The notes beneath the pieces were generated by a model. It saw only the letters and a list, made by a program, of their open reading frames with translations, was not told the DNA's origin and made no database searches. Shown piece by piece: positions 8,753 to 17,089 of a stretch of DNA of 64,000 nucleotides. The stretch's first letter is position 1. Each line of letters starts with the position of its first letter. The translations under genes and the position numbers were made by a program. The stretch covers positions 185,798 through 249,797 of IMG/VR virus record IMGVR_UViG_3300033143_001962; one strand, given 5' to 3'.

Positions 8753-9021
8753 TGCGATACTGAGTTATCCGGATCTACACAATATCCTTTCCAGTTATTT
8801 AATTCTGCTCTGAAGTGTCTTAGTTTTAACTTAACTACTGCGCTTCTTTTACTAGTAGGAATAAGTTCGTACTTGTTAACAATCTGTTGTAATGCTGTGA
8901 TCTTATCATCGCATTTTTTAGTCATTGCAGGAGAGCGTTGTAACTTCTGCTCAATTGCATTAAGACCAGCAAACGATGGAGTTGCAAATAACATTGTTAA
9001 TATAATTGCAATATGTTTCAT
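8749..9021 (-). CDS. putative secreted/membrane-anchored protein
   Basis: signal-peptide-like MKHIAIILTMLFATPSFAG; two Cys. Confidence 0.55.
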   Translation of the reverse strand: MKHIAIILTMLFATPSFAGLNAIEQKLQRSPAMTKKCDDKITALQQIVNKYELIPTSKRSAVVKLKLRHFRAELNNWKGYCVDPDNSVSQ

Positions 9022-9431
9022 TATTTTGTGCCTCGTAATGTATCTATTTTCTTATTCAATGCATCAATCTGTATAGTGTAATACTTAATTTCACCTTCAC
9101 GCTCTGACTTTCTAACAAGTTCGCCTAACTTTGTAACTTGCTCAGTTAAGTCTGCAATATACACTCCGCGTATAACTATCGCTTCGTCGTGAAAAGTTGA
9201 AGTAATACGATCTTCTGAATCTTTAAGCTGTTGCGGTGAAACAAAGCTCTTATCTACGTAAGATTCTACTTTTTCGTACAATGCAAAGCCCTGCATAATT
9301 AATACTACTAACGCTGTTGGTACCGCGATCAATGCAGATACCGTCCTAATTGGATGCGCTACGAATTGAGCCTTGATGTTATTAACTACACCTTCAGCTG
9401 TAACCTTTACTTCCTTAACCATAATAAACAC
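9021..9431 (-). CDS. single-TM coiled-coil protein, late-expressed (possible lysis function)
   Basis: hydrophobic VSALIAVPTALVVLIMQGFAL followed by coiled coil; TAAATA upstream. Confidence 0.5.
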   Translation of the reverse strand: MFIMVKEVKVTAEGVVNNIKAQFVAHPIRTVSALIAVPTALVVLIMQGFALYEKVESYVDKSFVSPQQLKDSEDRITSTFHDEAIVIRGVYIADLTEQVTKLGELVRKSEREGEIKYYTIQIDALNKKIDTLRGTK

Positions 9432-9444
9432 TCCTGTTATAGAG

Positions 9445-9450
9445 TATTTA
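9445..9450 (-). promoter_or_regulatory. T4-like late promoter core (TAAATA)
   Basis: AATAAATA 14 nt upstream of the 9431 start. Confidence 0.55.
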
Positions 9451-9458
9451 TTCTGATA

Positions 9459-10046
9459 TTAGTATTCTACCTTGCAGTGACTCTTAGGTGTTTCCCAGAA
9501 CTCAACAGCTACAACATCAACACCAAGTCCTAGCATTTTCTTCTGAGCTAATGTAAGTAACCAAGCCGCTAAGTTTTCACTTGTTGGAATAAAGTCTACA
9601 AACACCATACCTTCGTACTTTTCGATTACTGGTACTATGTTAGGCACGTACTCTAGATTTGGCGTATAATACCCTTCAGCATGTTCTATGCACTTATCAA
9701 AGTCTAAGATCTTTTTAGGCGCTGAATGTGTACCCGATGTATGATCAAACCCAATCAGTTCAGGCACTTCGTGTGGTAATAGTGGATCGTTAATATCCAT
9801 TATGAACTTATGATCAAGTACATCATCAATGAAGTCTTTCATCCAACCTAAGTGTTTAAAATCTGTAACCATACCACGTGTTAGTTCATCACCTTCAAGC
9901 ATAACTTTAAGCTTACCTTGATGCCCATGCAAATGTCTACATGCTAAACATGTATCACCTTCCGCTGTAAATTCTGCATTTAATTCTTGCGACCAAACCC
10001 TGTGCCCGTAGCACCAGTCAAAACTTTTATCTATCGTCCACTTCAT
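9459..10046 (-). CDS. queD: 6-carboxy-5,6,7,8-tetrahydropterin synthase
   Basis: FDWCYGHRV...CRHLHGH...DFKHL...LDHKF...PTSENLA...FWETPKS. Confidence 0.92.
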   Translation of the reverse strand: MKWTIDKSFDWCYGHRVWSQELNAEFTAEGDTCLACRHLHGHQGKLKVMLEGDELTRGMVTDFKHLGWMKDFIDDVLDHKFIMDINDPLLPHEVPELIGFDHTSGTHSAPKKILDFDKCIEHAEGYYTPNLEYVPNIVPVIEKYEGMVFVDFIPTSENLAAWLLTLAQKKMLGLGVDVVAVEFWETPKSHCKVEY

Positions 10047-10261
10047 TCTTTTTCCTTTATTTCAATTGATGTACTAAATTCTCTAGATATTAACTCGCTA
10101 GTGTACGGCGCGAATGATGATGTCACAATCCAATGTAGATCTGTGCTATCGTCTAAATTGTACTGTGATCGCAAGTACTGTTCAGCGTTTGCTTGTTCTT
10201 CGTGTTCGCTAACACTAACTTCTACCCTTGTGTACTTCTGTTCAGTTACGTTCATACTCAT
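10043..10261 (-). CDS. hypothetical protein
   Basis: ORF track, coupled. Confidence 0.5.
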   Translation of the reverse strand: MSMNVTEQKYTRVEVSVSEHEEQANAEQYLRSQYNLDDSTDLHWIVTSSFAPYTSELISREFSTSIEIKEKE

Positions 10262-10422
10262 GTGTTTTTCCTAGATAATATTCTATATGTTATTTCTTTA
10301 CCGTTATTCTTTTTAAACTGATCTAACTGGTCAGTTGTCATTCCAAACTTTCGTTGCATACGTAGTGGGTGCATATCACCCCTTACGATCCAATATATAA
10401 GTCTTCTTTTACGTTCGCCCAT
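10258..10422 (-). CDS. small basic hypothetical protein (54 aa)
   Basis: Manual: MGERKRRLIYWIVRGDMHP...ILSRKNT; ATGA overlap with the next gene. Confidence 0.5.
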   Translation of the reverse strand: MGERKRRLIYWIVRGDMHPLRMQRKFGMTTDQLDQFKKNNGKEITYRILSRKNT

Positions 10423-10436
10423 AGTATATTATAACA

Positions 10437-10841
10437 TTACTTGTACTTCAACGCAATCATAATGGCATCGTCGTCGTTATTGGTACCAATGTACACACGA
10501 TCACCACCACAGATTTCATTGAATTCAAATATGCTAGTTTCGTCGTATAACCCGCGTCCTGATTTAATTGTTGTGTGGTCTCCTAGCTCCCTTGCTGGGT
10601 AACAGTACGTATCCCTAAATGTTTTGTCGACATACCATCCCATCATCGGGCAATCGCCAAACACTTTATGCCAGTCTACCTCAATAATGTGCTTGTAGTT
10701 ATAGAAGACTGTTTTTATATTAGGCGCATGTAGCCACAAGTTTTCAGCATTCCACTTATCTATCTCACGCTCGTGATAAGTTCGTCCTGTCTTCCAGGTT
10801 AGGTACTTGTCTTTAAGATTTTCAAGAATTTTACTTGTCAC
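10437..10841 (-). CDS. hypothetical, family C-like C-terminus
   Basis: ends NDDDAIMIALKYK. Confidence 0.55.
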   Translation of the reverse strand: MTSKILENLKDKYLTWKTGRTYHEREIDKWNAENLWLHAPNIKTVFYNYKHIIEVDWHKVFGDCPMMGWYVDKTFRDTYCYPARELGDHTTIKSGRGLYDETSIFEFNEICGGDRVYIGTNNDDDAIMIALKYK

Positions 10842-11637
10842 GGTACTTAGTGTTAAGTTCGCGAGCCTTTTCTAAAAGGTGTAATGGAGATCCCATTTCG
10901 TTAGCCCATGCTGTAAATTCTTTTGTATCCTTAGGGAAACAATGTCCACCAAAGCCGTACTGTCCATCTGGACCTGGTACTTGTGTATGTGACATTCCGA
11001 TGCGCTTGTCAAGTGCAAGTGCTTCTATCATTGCGTCCCAGTTAGTGTCGTATGTTTCTTTGTACAGTGCTTCTAGTTCATTAAAGAACATAACCTTCAT
11101 TGCTAAGAACGAGTTTTCTGCGTACTTTAAAAAGCCTGCGCTTGCAATATCTAAAAAGCGTACATCCTTAATAGTCATTAATTGGCTAAGCACTTCATGC
11201 CACCAACGTCCACCTTTGCCTCCAAATATAGCAAACTCTGAATCACGGAACTCTTGTGTCGGGTCAGTACCTACACTACCTCTAAGGAATTCAGGACTGA
11301 ATGTTACTTTATCTCTGACACCGAGAATGTCTAGTGTATCAACACTAGTAGTCGACTTAATAAGAATTTGTGCATTAGGGTAATGCTGTTGAATCTCAAG
11401 AGTGTACTCAGTTACTAAGCTATCATCAACACGACCATTGTCTGATTCAGGAGTAGGAACACAAATAACAAAACCGTCTACATCAGTGTATCTGTTATGT
11501 AACGCACCTAAATTCGCAAAGTAATTAGTCATTGGTTGGAAGTTATAAGGGTCAACAATGTACACATCATGCTTGTCACTTAAAACACTGTAAATGGCTT
11601 TGCCAACAAAGCCTAATCCTACTACGCAAAATTTCAA
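10831..11637 (-). CDS. ugd: UDP-glucose/GDP-mannose 6-dehydrogenase (lacks C-terminal domain)
   Basis: VVGLGFVG, ICVPTP, IKSTT, FSPEFLR, KYAENSFLAMKVMFFNE, GFGGHCFPKD. Confidence 0.88.
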   Translation of the reverse strand: MKFCVVGLGFVGKAIYSVLSDKHDVYIVDPYNFQPMTNYFANLGALHNRYTDVDGFVICVPTPESDNGRVDDSLVTEYTLEIQQHYPNAQILIKSTTSVDTLDILGVRDKVTFSPEFLRGSVGTDPTQEFRDSEFAIFGGKGGRWWHEVLSQLMTIKDVRFLDIASAGFLKYAENSFLAMKVMFFNELEALYKETYDTNWDAMIEALALDKRIGMSHTQVPGPDGQYGFGGHCFPKDTKEFTAWANEMGSPLHLLEKARELNTKYRDK

Positions 11638-11792
11638 CTTAGTACATCTCCAAGTCCTTCAGCTATATCACCTAAGGTGTCTACTGCTGATTCCGCTGTA
11701 TCAGATGCTGCATCTGTAACTACATCAACCACTCCGACTACAACGTCAATTGCTGTGTCTAAAATACCTTCATTATCATTTTTCTTTGTCAT
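11634..11792 (-). CDS. small acidic protein (52 aa)
   Basis: Manual: MTKKNDNEGILDTAIDVVVGVVDVVTDAASD...GLGDVLS. Confidence 0.5.
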   Translation of the reverse strand: MTKKNDNEGILDTAIDVVVGVVDVVTDAASDTAESAVDTLGDIAEGLGDVLS

Positions 11793-12139
11793 TTTATTAC
11801 CTCTGATACTACATAGCTATCGATACTACATTCAAATAATCTACCATCCCAACATGCGGATCTTTCCATTTTACGCGGCCAAACCCCGTACAGTGTTATT
11901 CCATCTTCTGGGAAATCTAGTACTTCAATTTTTTGGTGCGAGTGCATAGCTTCACCTAAGTCTGGCTCCATGCCGTACTTCAATCTATTCCATACTTTGT
12001 CTTTACTGCTATCATCATCTGGGCAAATAATTTCAACGTCAGTGATAGTTCTCTTGCCCGGCGAGTGTGATGCCATTCCACCGTTACCGTATACTTCGAT
12101 TGTTGCTACTACTGTTGTTGGTGCCGTCTTTAATATCAA
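11789..12139 (-). CDS. hypothetical protein (TTG start)
   Basis: ORF track; start moved to a TTG overlapping the upstream TGA. Confidence 0.5.
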   Translation of the reverse strand: MILKTAPTTVVATIEVYGNGGMASHSPGKRTITDVEIICPDDDSSKDKVWNRLKYGMEPDLGEAMHSHQKIEVLDFPEDGITLYGVWPRKMERSACWDGRLFECSIDSYVVSEVIK

Positions 12140-12867
12140 GCTGCTTCTTCTTTTGGTGTTAACTTTCTGTACTCGCCAATGCCATGTACAATAGCGTACA
12201 ATATCCAAATGTAATGATACGTGTAATCTGTGTTGCTGTAGTCCCAAAAGTCTTGCATGTCGAACTTTAACTCACCGTCGTCACTTTTCCAAGTAAAGTC
12301 ACTTGCTGCATCATAAGCACGTACACCGTTTTCATCACAGTTAAGTACTTCATCTTCTAGTGCTTCTAGTAGCTCCGCTGCCATTTCTCTTAACGTTTGT
12401 GTATCCTGTGGATATGCTTCTGCAATTTCTGCATCGTCACCTTCATCATCAAACACATCTTCGTCTGTTTGGAATTGTTCGATAAAGTTATTGTACTCGT
12501 TCATAACGTTTTGTTTGAACATATCCATGCTAAACGCTTCTATGCCTTCGCCATTCTTGTTTGCTGCAACAACTTTCTCTGCCCAGTAACCAGGATTAAT
12601 AACGTGCTTCTTATTAAAATCGTTATCGTCCATAATGAAGAATTCAAACATATCGTACAGGCGATTAAACATATAATCGCCCATGTCTCCACTTACTGCT
12701 AAGTGTCCAGGCCATGTCACTAAATCAAATCTATAACACTGCGACCCGTTGTTAGTAAACTTTAAGTGTCGGTAAACACCATCGTCCTTAAGCACTTCCA
12801 TTGTGTGATTTTTAGTGTCACGTTCAAATGCTTCTTTAATTTGTTCTCTAGTCTGTTTCATTACCAT
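12136..12867 (-). CDS. conserved phage hypothetical protein
   Basis: 243-aa ORF, DDGVYRHLKF...FDLVTWPGHLAVSGDMGDYMF. Confidence 0.7.
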   Translation of the reverse strand: MVMKQTREQIKEAFERDTKNHTMEVLKDDGVYRHLKFTNNGSQCYRFDLVTWPGHLAVSGDMGDYMFNRLYDMFEFFIMDDNDFNKKHVINPGYWAEKVVAANKNGEGIEAFSMDMFKQNVMNEYNNFIEQFQTDEDVFDDEGDDAEIAEAYPQDTQTLREMAAELLEALEDEVLNCDENGVRAYDAASDFTWKSDDGELKFDMQDFWDYSNTDYTYHYIWILYAIVHGIGEYRKLTPKEEAA

Positions 12868-13055
12868 GTACTCATTGTGCTTGCAGATGCGCTTGCGGTT
12901 GATAAAGCTGAAGCTCGTTTAATCGGTTGTAATTGTCTCGAAGGGTCTGTATCTAAATGACAATCTTTATGCCCCCAACGAGGCGTATGCTCTTCGGAAC
13001 ACGGCTTCTTATGCTCTTCGCATGATTCGCATCCGTGTTTATAATAATGTTTCAT
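12861..13055 (-). CDS. small Cys/His-rich hypothetical protein
   Basis: CESC..C..H..C. Confidence 0.45.
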   Translation of the reverse strand: MKHYYKHGCESCEEHKKPCSEEHTPRWGHKDCHLDTDPSRQLQPIKRASALSTASASASTMSTW

Positions 13056-13168
13056 ATTTCTTTTCCTTGCAACTACAATAGGGATATTCGCAGTACTTCT
13101 CGCCCTGGTGCGGACAACTTGGTTTGTTCTGCTCGTTGATTTGTTTTGATAACTGTTCGAGATCGTCT

Positions 13169-13405
13169 TTAGCTTTCCGCATCAGATGTCTCCTTAACTA
13201 CTATGCTATCGCCATTGATGGATGGTGCATTTAATACAGCGTCCCAACATGCCATGTGTTCTTCCTTTGGCTCTGTTGCCATACCACATGCTTTCTTAGT
13301 GTCGACAATGTAAGTAATTGCTGTGTCTATTTGCGATTGCATACCTTCTATTACTGCTTTATAGTAGGCTTCTTTATTTGCAAATTGGCTCATTGATAGT
13401 GTCAT
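13169..13405 (-). CDS. hypothetical protein
   Basis: ORF track; SD-like GAGGA upstream. Confidence 0.55.
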   Translation of the reverse strand: MTLSMSQFANKEAYYKAVIEGMQSQIDTAITYIVDTKKACGMATEPKEEHMACWDAVLNAPSINGDSIVVKETSDAES

Positions 13406-13423
13406 TTACTTTCCTCTGTTGTT

Positions 13424-13497
13424 TGGTGCTCGGTGCGGGATTCGAACCCGCGTCTTAAGATTTAGAATCCCGCGCTAAGCCACTCAGCTAACCGAAC
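13424..13497 (-). tRNA. tRNA with CUA anticodon (amber suppressor type), CCA encoded
   Basis: GTTCGGT/ACCGAGC acceptor stem, GCTG/TAGC D-stem, loop TT-CTA-AA, T-arm GCGGG-TTCGAAT-CCCGC, 3' ACCA; anticodon stem weak (C-A mismatch, two G-U). Confidence 0.85.
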
Positions 13498-13696
13498 TTT
13501 TATCTGGTACGCATGTTGGTAATGGTTTTCTTGTATCTAGTGTGCCTGCTGGTAAATTAACCATTACGGTTATAACTGTTGTTAGTAGTATAACATAGGG
13601 CCATGCCACTTTGCAAGCTTTTCCTTTACCTAATGCTTCACACACTCCTTTTGGGAGTGGCTTATTTAGGAACTTTAATACTTTCTTTATGATCAT
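13484..13696 (-). CDS. small single-TM protein
   Basis: WPYVILLTTVITVMV; overlaps the tRNA 5' end by 14 nt. Confidence 0.4.
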   Translation of the reverse strand: MIIKKVLKFLNKPLPKGVCEALGKGKACKVAWPYVILLTTVITVMVNLPAGTLDTRKPLPTCVPDKSSVS

Positions 13697-14321
13697 CTAA
13701 GGCCTTCTGAAATTTAACAATCCATTCCCAAGGTATCTTCACTTTGGAATCTTTCATGTACGTAACTGTGTCTAACATCGTATTGGTGCTTAGGTATGCT
13801 TGTATTTCATCGTACATTACTTGAGAGCAATAGCCTTTCTTTTTGAGCATATCAATAAACGCACTGCGGAAATAAACTGGCATTGTACCAGCTAACGTAT
13901 ACATTGTCTTTTTGTACTTAGGATATAAATGGTAGTATGCATGAGCGTACTCGTGATCTAGTGCGGCAGCTTCATCACCGTGTACTCCAATGATATAAAA
14001 CTTTTTGTCTTCAAACAAGTAATCATGCAATAAATCTTGTAGCTTTTGTTCTTTCTTAAATAATTTACCACTGTACAAACTAAAGAACTTATCCACAATA
14101 TGCCCAGGAACATTAAAACCACCCCAGTCACTTGTGTATGTAAAGTTACCGTTTTCTTTTGCGTACCAGTCCATGTAGTCTTCTAGCTCGAAATACTTAT
14201 TGCGGAACTTTGGATTAGGACTTTCGTAGAACTCTTGTAAGCGTAAAAACGTAGCACAAAGCTCGTACTGTGTTTCAGCGTGGAGCATAATAATGTTATT
14301 CTTTGTTGATTTTATTTTCAT
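13662..14321 (-). CDS. putative zinc metallopeptidase (HExxH)
   Basis: LDHEYAHAYYH; FYES...DWGGFNVPG. Confidence 0.5.
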   Translation of the reverse strand: MKIKSTKNNIIMLHAETQYELCATFLRLQEFYESPNPKFRNKYFELEDYMDWYAKENGNFTYTSDWGGFNVPGHIVDKFFSLYSGKLFKKEQKLQDLLHDYLFEDKKFYIIGVHGDEAAALDHEYAHAYYHLYPKYKKTMYTLAGTMPVYFRSAFIDMLKKKGYCSQVMYDEIQAYLSTNTMLDTVTYMKDSKVKIPWEWIVKFQKALDDHKESIKVPK

Positions 14322-14589
14322 CTCTGTACTCTTCTAATATTGGACAATTATCCATGTTACAAAACATTCCGTCAATGTGTGCGCAGCCTATTGTTTTAAA
14401 GACTTCGCAATGCTTAACCGGATCATTTTTATTCCAGAATATAAAGTCTTGTAATGTCACTCCGGGTAAATATCCTAGCTTAACTGCTGCGGCTGTTACA
14501 ATAACAAATAATACAAATGTCACCGCAAATACTGCTAAGAGTATTGCTGTTAGTGATAACCAAAATTCCATCATCCTACTATCCTGCAT
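14296..14589 (-). CDS. membrane protein with Cys cluster
   Basis: long hydrophobic N-terminal helix; C..C..C..C tail. Confidence 0.5.
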   Translation of the reverse strand: MQDSRMMEFWLSLTAILLAVFAVTFVLFVIVTAAAVKLGYLPGVTLQDFIFWNKNDPVKHCEVFKTIGCAHIDGMFCNMDNCPILEEYRDENKINKE

Positions 14590-14659
14590 TGGTCAAAAAA
14601 TGTACATACAAAAGTCGTAAGTACGATTGTTACTGTAATTGGAATTATAAATAAAAGTT

Positions 14660-14863
14660 TCATTTCTTCCATCCCTTGTTTAGATCGCTTTCTTCGCCGC
14701 AGTCTTTACAGTACATCTTAGCGTAATCGAAAAAGCCTTCTACTCCGGCGTTAGTTTGAATGAGGCTAGGCTTAATACCTTCTTGTGCTTTACTAGTCCA
14801 ATTGTGCATACCCATCATTTTACATCCGACTATTATACTGAACCATCTTCTTATCCGTTCCAT
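14660..14863 (-). CDS. small zinc-finger hypothetical protein
   Basis: GCKMMGMHNW...YCKDCG. Confidence 0.5.
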   Translation of the reverse strand: MERIRRWFSIIVGCKMMGMHNWTSKAQEGIKPSLIQTNAGVEGFFDYAKMYCKDCGEESDLNKGWKK

Positions 14864-15078
14864 TTTTTCACTACCTCTTCGGCGGTCTTAGCTGAGACTT
14901 CATGTTGACAATCATCGCAAGCTAACGCACAATTACTAATTGGCCCAGATAGGCCTTCTCTCATTAAACTTATATTATTACTGTTACAACGCCTACAGCT
15001 TCTAACTGAAAGAAACCGCATATAGCCTTCGTCAAATGTTTTAATGCCACCATTGACATTAATCCGTATTAGACTCAT
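14851..15078 (-). CDS. Lar (restriction alleviation)-like zinc ribbon
   Basis: CRRC...CDDC...SAKTAEEVVKKWN, Lar-family pattern. Confidence 0.55.
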   Translation of the reverse strand: MSLIRINVNGGIKTFDEGYMRFLSVRSCRRCNSNNISLMREGLSGPISNCALACDDCQHEVSAKTAEEVVKKWNG

Positions 15079-15364
15079 TGAGAAGTTTCTCTAGCATTTT
15101 GTATTGTTCGTAAGCATCTTTAAGTGCTGGATACTTCTCGTGCATTGCAAAGTTCGGTTCAAGTATAAGTAAACGTTCTTTAATTTGCTCTAACGTTTCT
15201 TTAATATCAACACCGTCAAGTGTTAAGTTGTCAGCTACCATGTCGCCATACGAAGATGCAAATGAAATTCCATCGTTGATTACATACATGCCATCGGCGT
15301 CAGTAATTAAGTCTGCACAGGCCGACAACACGTTTGGGTCTGTGCTGTGCGATTCACTTGCCAT
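15059..15364 (-). CDS. hypothetical, family B motif
   Basis: KYPALKDAYEQYKMLEKLL. Confidence 0.65.
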   Translation of the reverse strand: MASESHSTDPNVLSACADLITDADGMYVINDGISFASSYGDMVADNLTLDGVDIKETLEQIKERLLILEPNFAMHEKYPALKDAYEQYKMLEKLLNESNTD

Positions 15365-15650
15365 GCTTCATTGCTTCGAGTGTTATGAACTGAGTCAAAG
15401 CTTTATCAAAGTCTTCGTTCTCGGCAACTAAGTACAAGTTCTCTTTAGTTTGATGAACATGGTCATCGTACCAACTAAACCTAATAATCTTACCACCTGT
15501 TGCGTGAAGTATTTGGATGTTAAGTGGACGTTGCGAAAACACTCCACTATCATCACCTTCACGTACTGGCGCGTCGACTGAGCAATTACTGTACTTTGAT
15601 TGCTGGCCTTCTTCTGCCCACTGTGCTATTTTACGTTTGAACCATTTCAT
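15354..15650 (-). CDS. hypothetical protein
   Basis: ORF track, coupled. Confidence 0.6.
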   Translation of the reverse strand: MKWFKRKIAQWAEEGQQSKYSNCSVDAPVREGDDSGVFSQRPLNIQILHATGGKIIRFSWYDDHVHQTKENLYLVAENEDFDKALTQFITLEAMKHGK

Positions 15651-15658
15651 AAATCACC

Positions 15659-16339
15659 TTAACACTTGTTGTTATGGAATATAGACATAAACTCTTGTCT
15701 AGTACTAGGATCAGATTTAAATACGCCACCAAGCTTGCTTGTAATTGTGCTACTACCTACATCTTCAACACCGCGTGACTTAACACAAAAATGTTGTGCA
15801 TCCATAATAACTGCAACATCTTCTGTGTCTAATATAAATTGTAATGCGTTAAACACTTGCTCTGTTAAGCGTTCTTGTATTTGTGGACGTTTTGCAAAGT
15901 ACTCTACAATACGATTAATTTTACTCAACCCTAGTACAGTTTTCTTTGGAATGTAACCCACTGTAGCGAAGCCATCAATGACAACAAAGTGATGTTCGCA
16001 ATTTGATTGTACGTTTATGTTACGTTCAACAACCATTGCATCGTACTTCATCTTGTTTTCGACTGTTGTACACTTTGGAAATGCGGCTGGATCTAAGCCC
16101 CAAAACACTTCACCTACGTACATTTTCGCTACACGTTTAGGAGTATCAATGAGACTATCATCAGTCATGTCTAATCCTAACGTTTCCATAATATCCTTGA
16201 ACTTTGTTTCAATTATGTCAATTTTTGCTGATCTACTAAGTCCATTGTCGACCATTGGAGTTTGTACACCTTTTTCTTTAAGGTAGTCGTTTACCTCTTT
16301 ACCTAAATCTGAATCTGTTTTTACCTTGTTAAAACTCAT
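15659..16339 (-). CDS. folE: GTP cyclohydrolase I
   Basis: DTPKRVAKMY, SNCEHH, GLSKINRIV, RPQIQERLT, HFCVKSRGV. Confidence 0.95.
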   Translation of the reverse strand: MSFNKVKTDSDLGKEVNDYLKEKGVQTPMVDNGLSRSAKIDIIETKFKDIMETLGLDMTDDSLIDTPKRVAKMYVGEVFWGLDPAAFPKCTTVENKMKYDAMVVERNINVQSNCEHHFVVIDGFATVGYIPKKTVLGLSKINRIVEYFAKRPQIQERLTEQVFNALQFILDTEDVAVIMDAQHFCVKSRGVEDVGSSTITSKLGGVFKSDPSTRQEFMSIFHNNKC

Positions 16340-17012
16340 TTGTCTTCCTTTTCATGTGTTGTGTATAATTACCTATATCCCACTCTCTAGTGCAACATAA
16401 GCAACAAGCATTTCTGCCATTGAATCTTTTTCCATTGTGATTTATTATAGCAGCCTTTGCCATGCGTTGTCTAGTCTTTTGACTCTTAGGTTTATCTTTA
16501 TGCGTTGCTGCAATCAGGTCTTTTGTCTTATTAGTGTGCTTATGCCCTTCTGCGAACTTGTTACCTGTTACCGCTATAGATTGCGCAAGTCGTCCTGCAT
16601 CTGTTTCTTTAGTTTTGCCAAGTTGTCTTTCACGTTGATCTTGTGCAAGTTTTGCTTTTCGCTCAGGTGATCGTGTTGCTATAGTTTTTCTGCGCTTACT
16701 ATTAACGACTTCACCAAGGTCCCCACCACATCCGCCGTTAGCTACATTGTATCCATTCTGTGTGACATGTGACTCGTATAACTCTATAACAGGTTGTTCA
16801 AGGATTGAGATGTACTCTTTAGTTGGCCCTATACATAATGTTTCAATGATGAAATTTTCTACTCCGTACTTAGCAAACGCATATTGTACAGGATATTTAG
16901 GATTTTTAGCAGTACTTAAATGAATAGCCAGACGTTCTTCTACCTCTAGCTTAGTGAATCCGATATACGTTTTTCTGTTTATCAGATTTGTGATTTTGTA
17001 TAATTTATACAT
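16329..17012 (-). CDS. free-standing GIY-YIG homing endonuclease with NUMOD3-like repeats
   Basis: LYKITNLINRKTYIG, GYN...GG, HKHTNKTKDLI / KSQKTRQRMAKA. Confidence 0.88.
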   Translation of the reverse strand: MYKLYKITNLINRKTYIGFTKLEVEERLAIHLSTAKNPKYPVQYAFAKYGVENFIIETLCIGPTKEYISILEQPVIELYESHVTQNGYNVANGGCGGDLGEVVNSKRRKTIATRSPERKAKLAQDQRERQLGKTKETDAGRLAQSIAVTGNKFAEGHKHTNKTKDLIAATHKDKPKSQKTRQRMAKAAIINHNGKRFNGRNACCLCCTREWDIGNYTQHMKRKTNEF

Positions 17013-17089
17013 GTGTAATTCCTTTTATCGCATCTATCGTATATACGTAACGAGGCTGTTGCCTAAATACTACCGCTGTGTAGTTAAAA

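Noticed and set aside
11789-12139. Tail-tube (gp19-like) protein
   Set aside because: Only a short ITLYGVWP resemblance, and it lies in an early accessory region without a late promoter
13424-13497. Reading the tRNA as Arg(TCT) or as plus-strand Leu(TAG)
   Set aside because: The TCT register leaves the anticodon stem largely unpaired; the T-loop (TTCGAAT) and CCA are on the minus strand only
14646-14653. Plus-strand TATAAATA as an antisense late promoter
   Set aside because: No plus-strand gene follows, and the motif is expected by chance in AT-rich intergenic DNA
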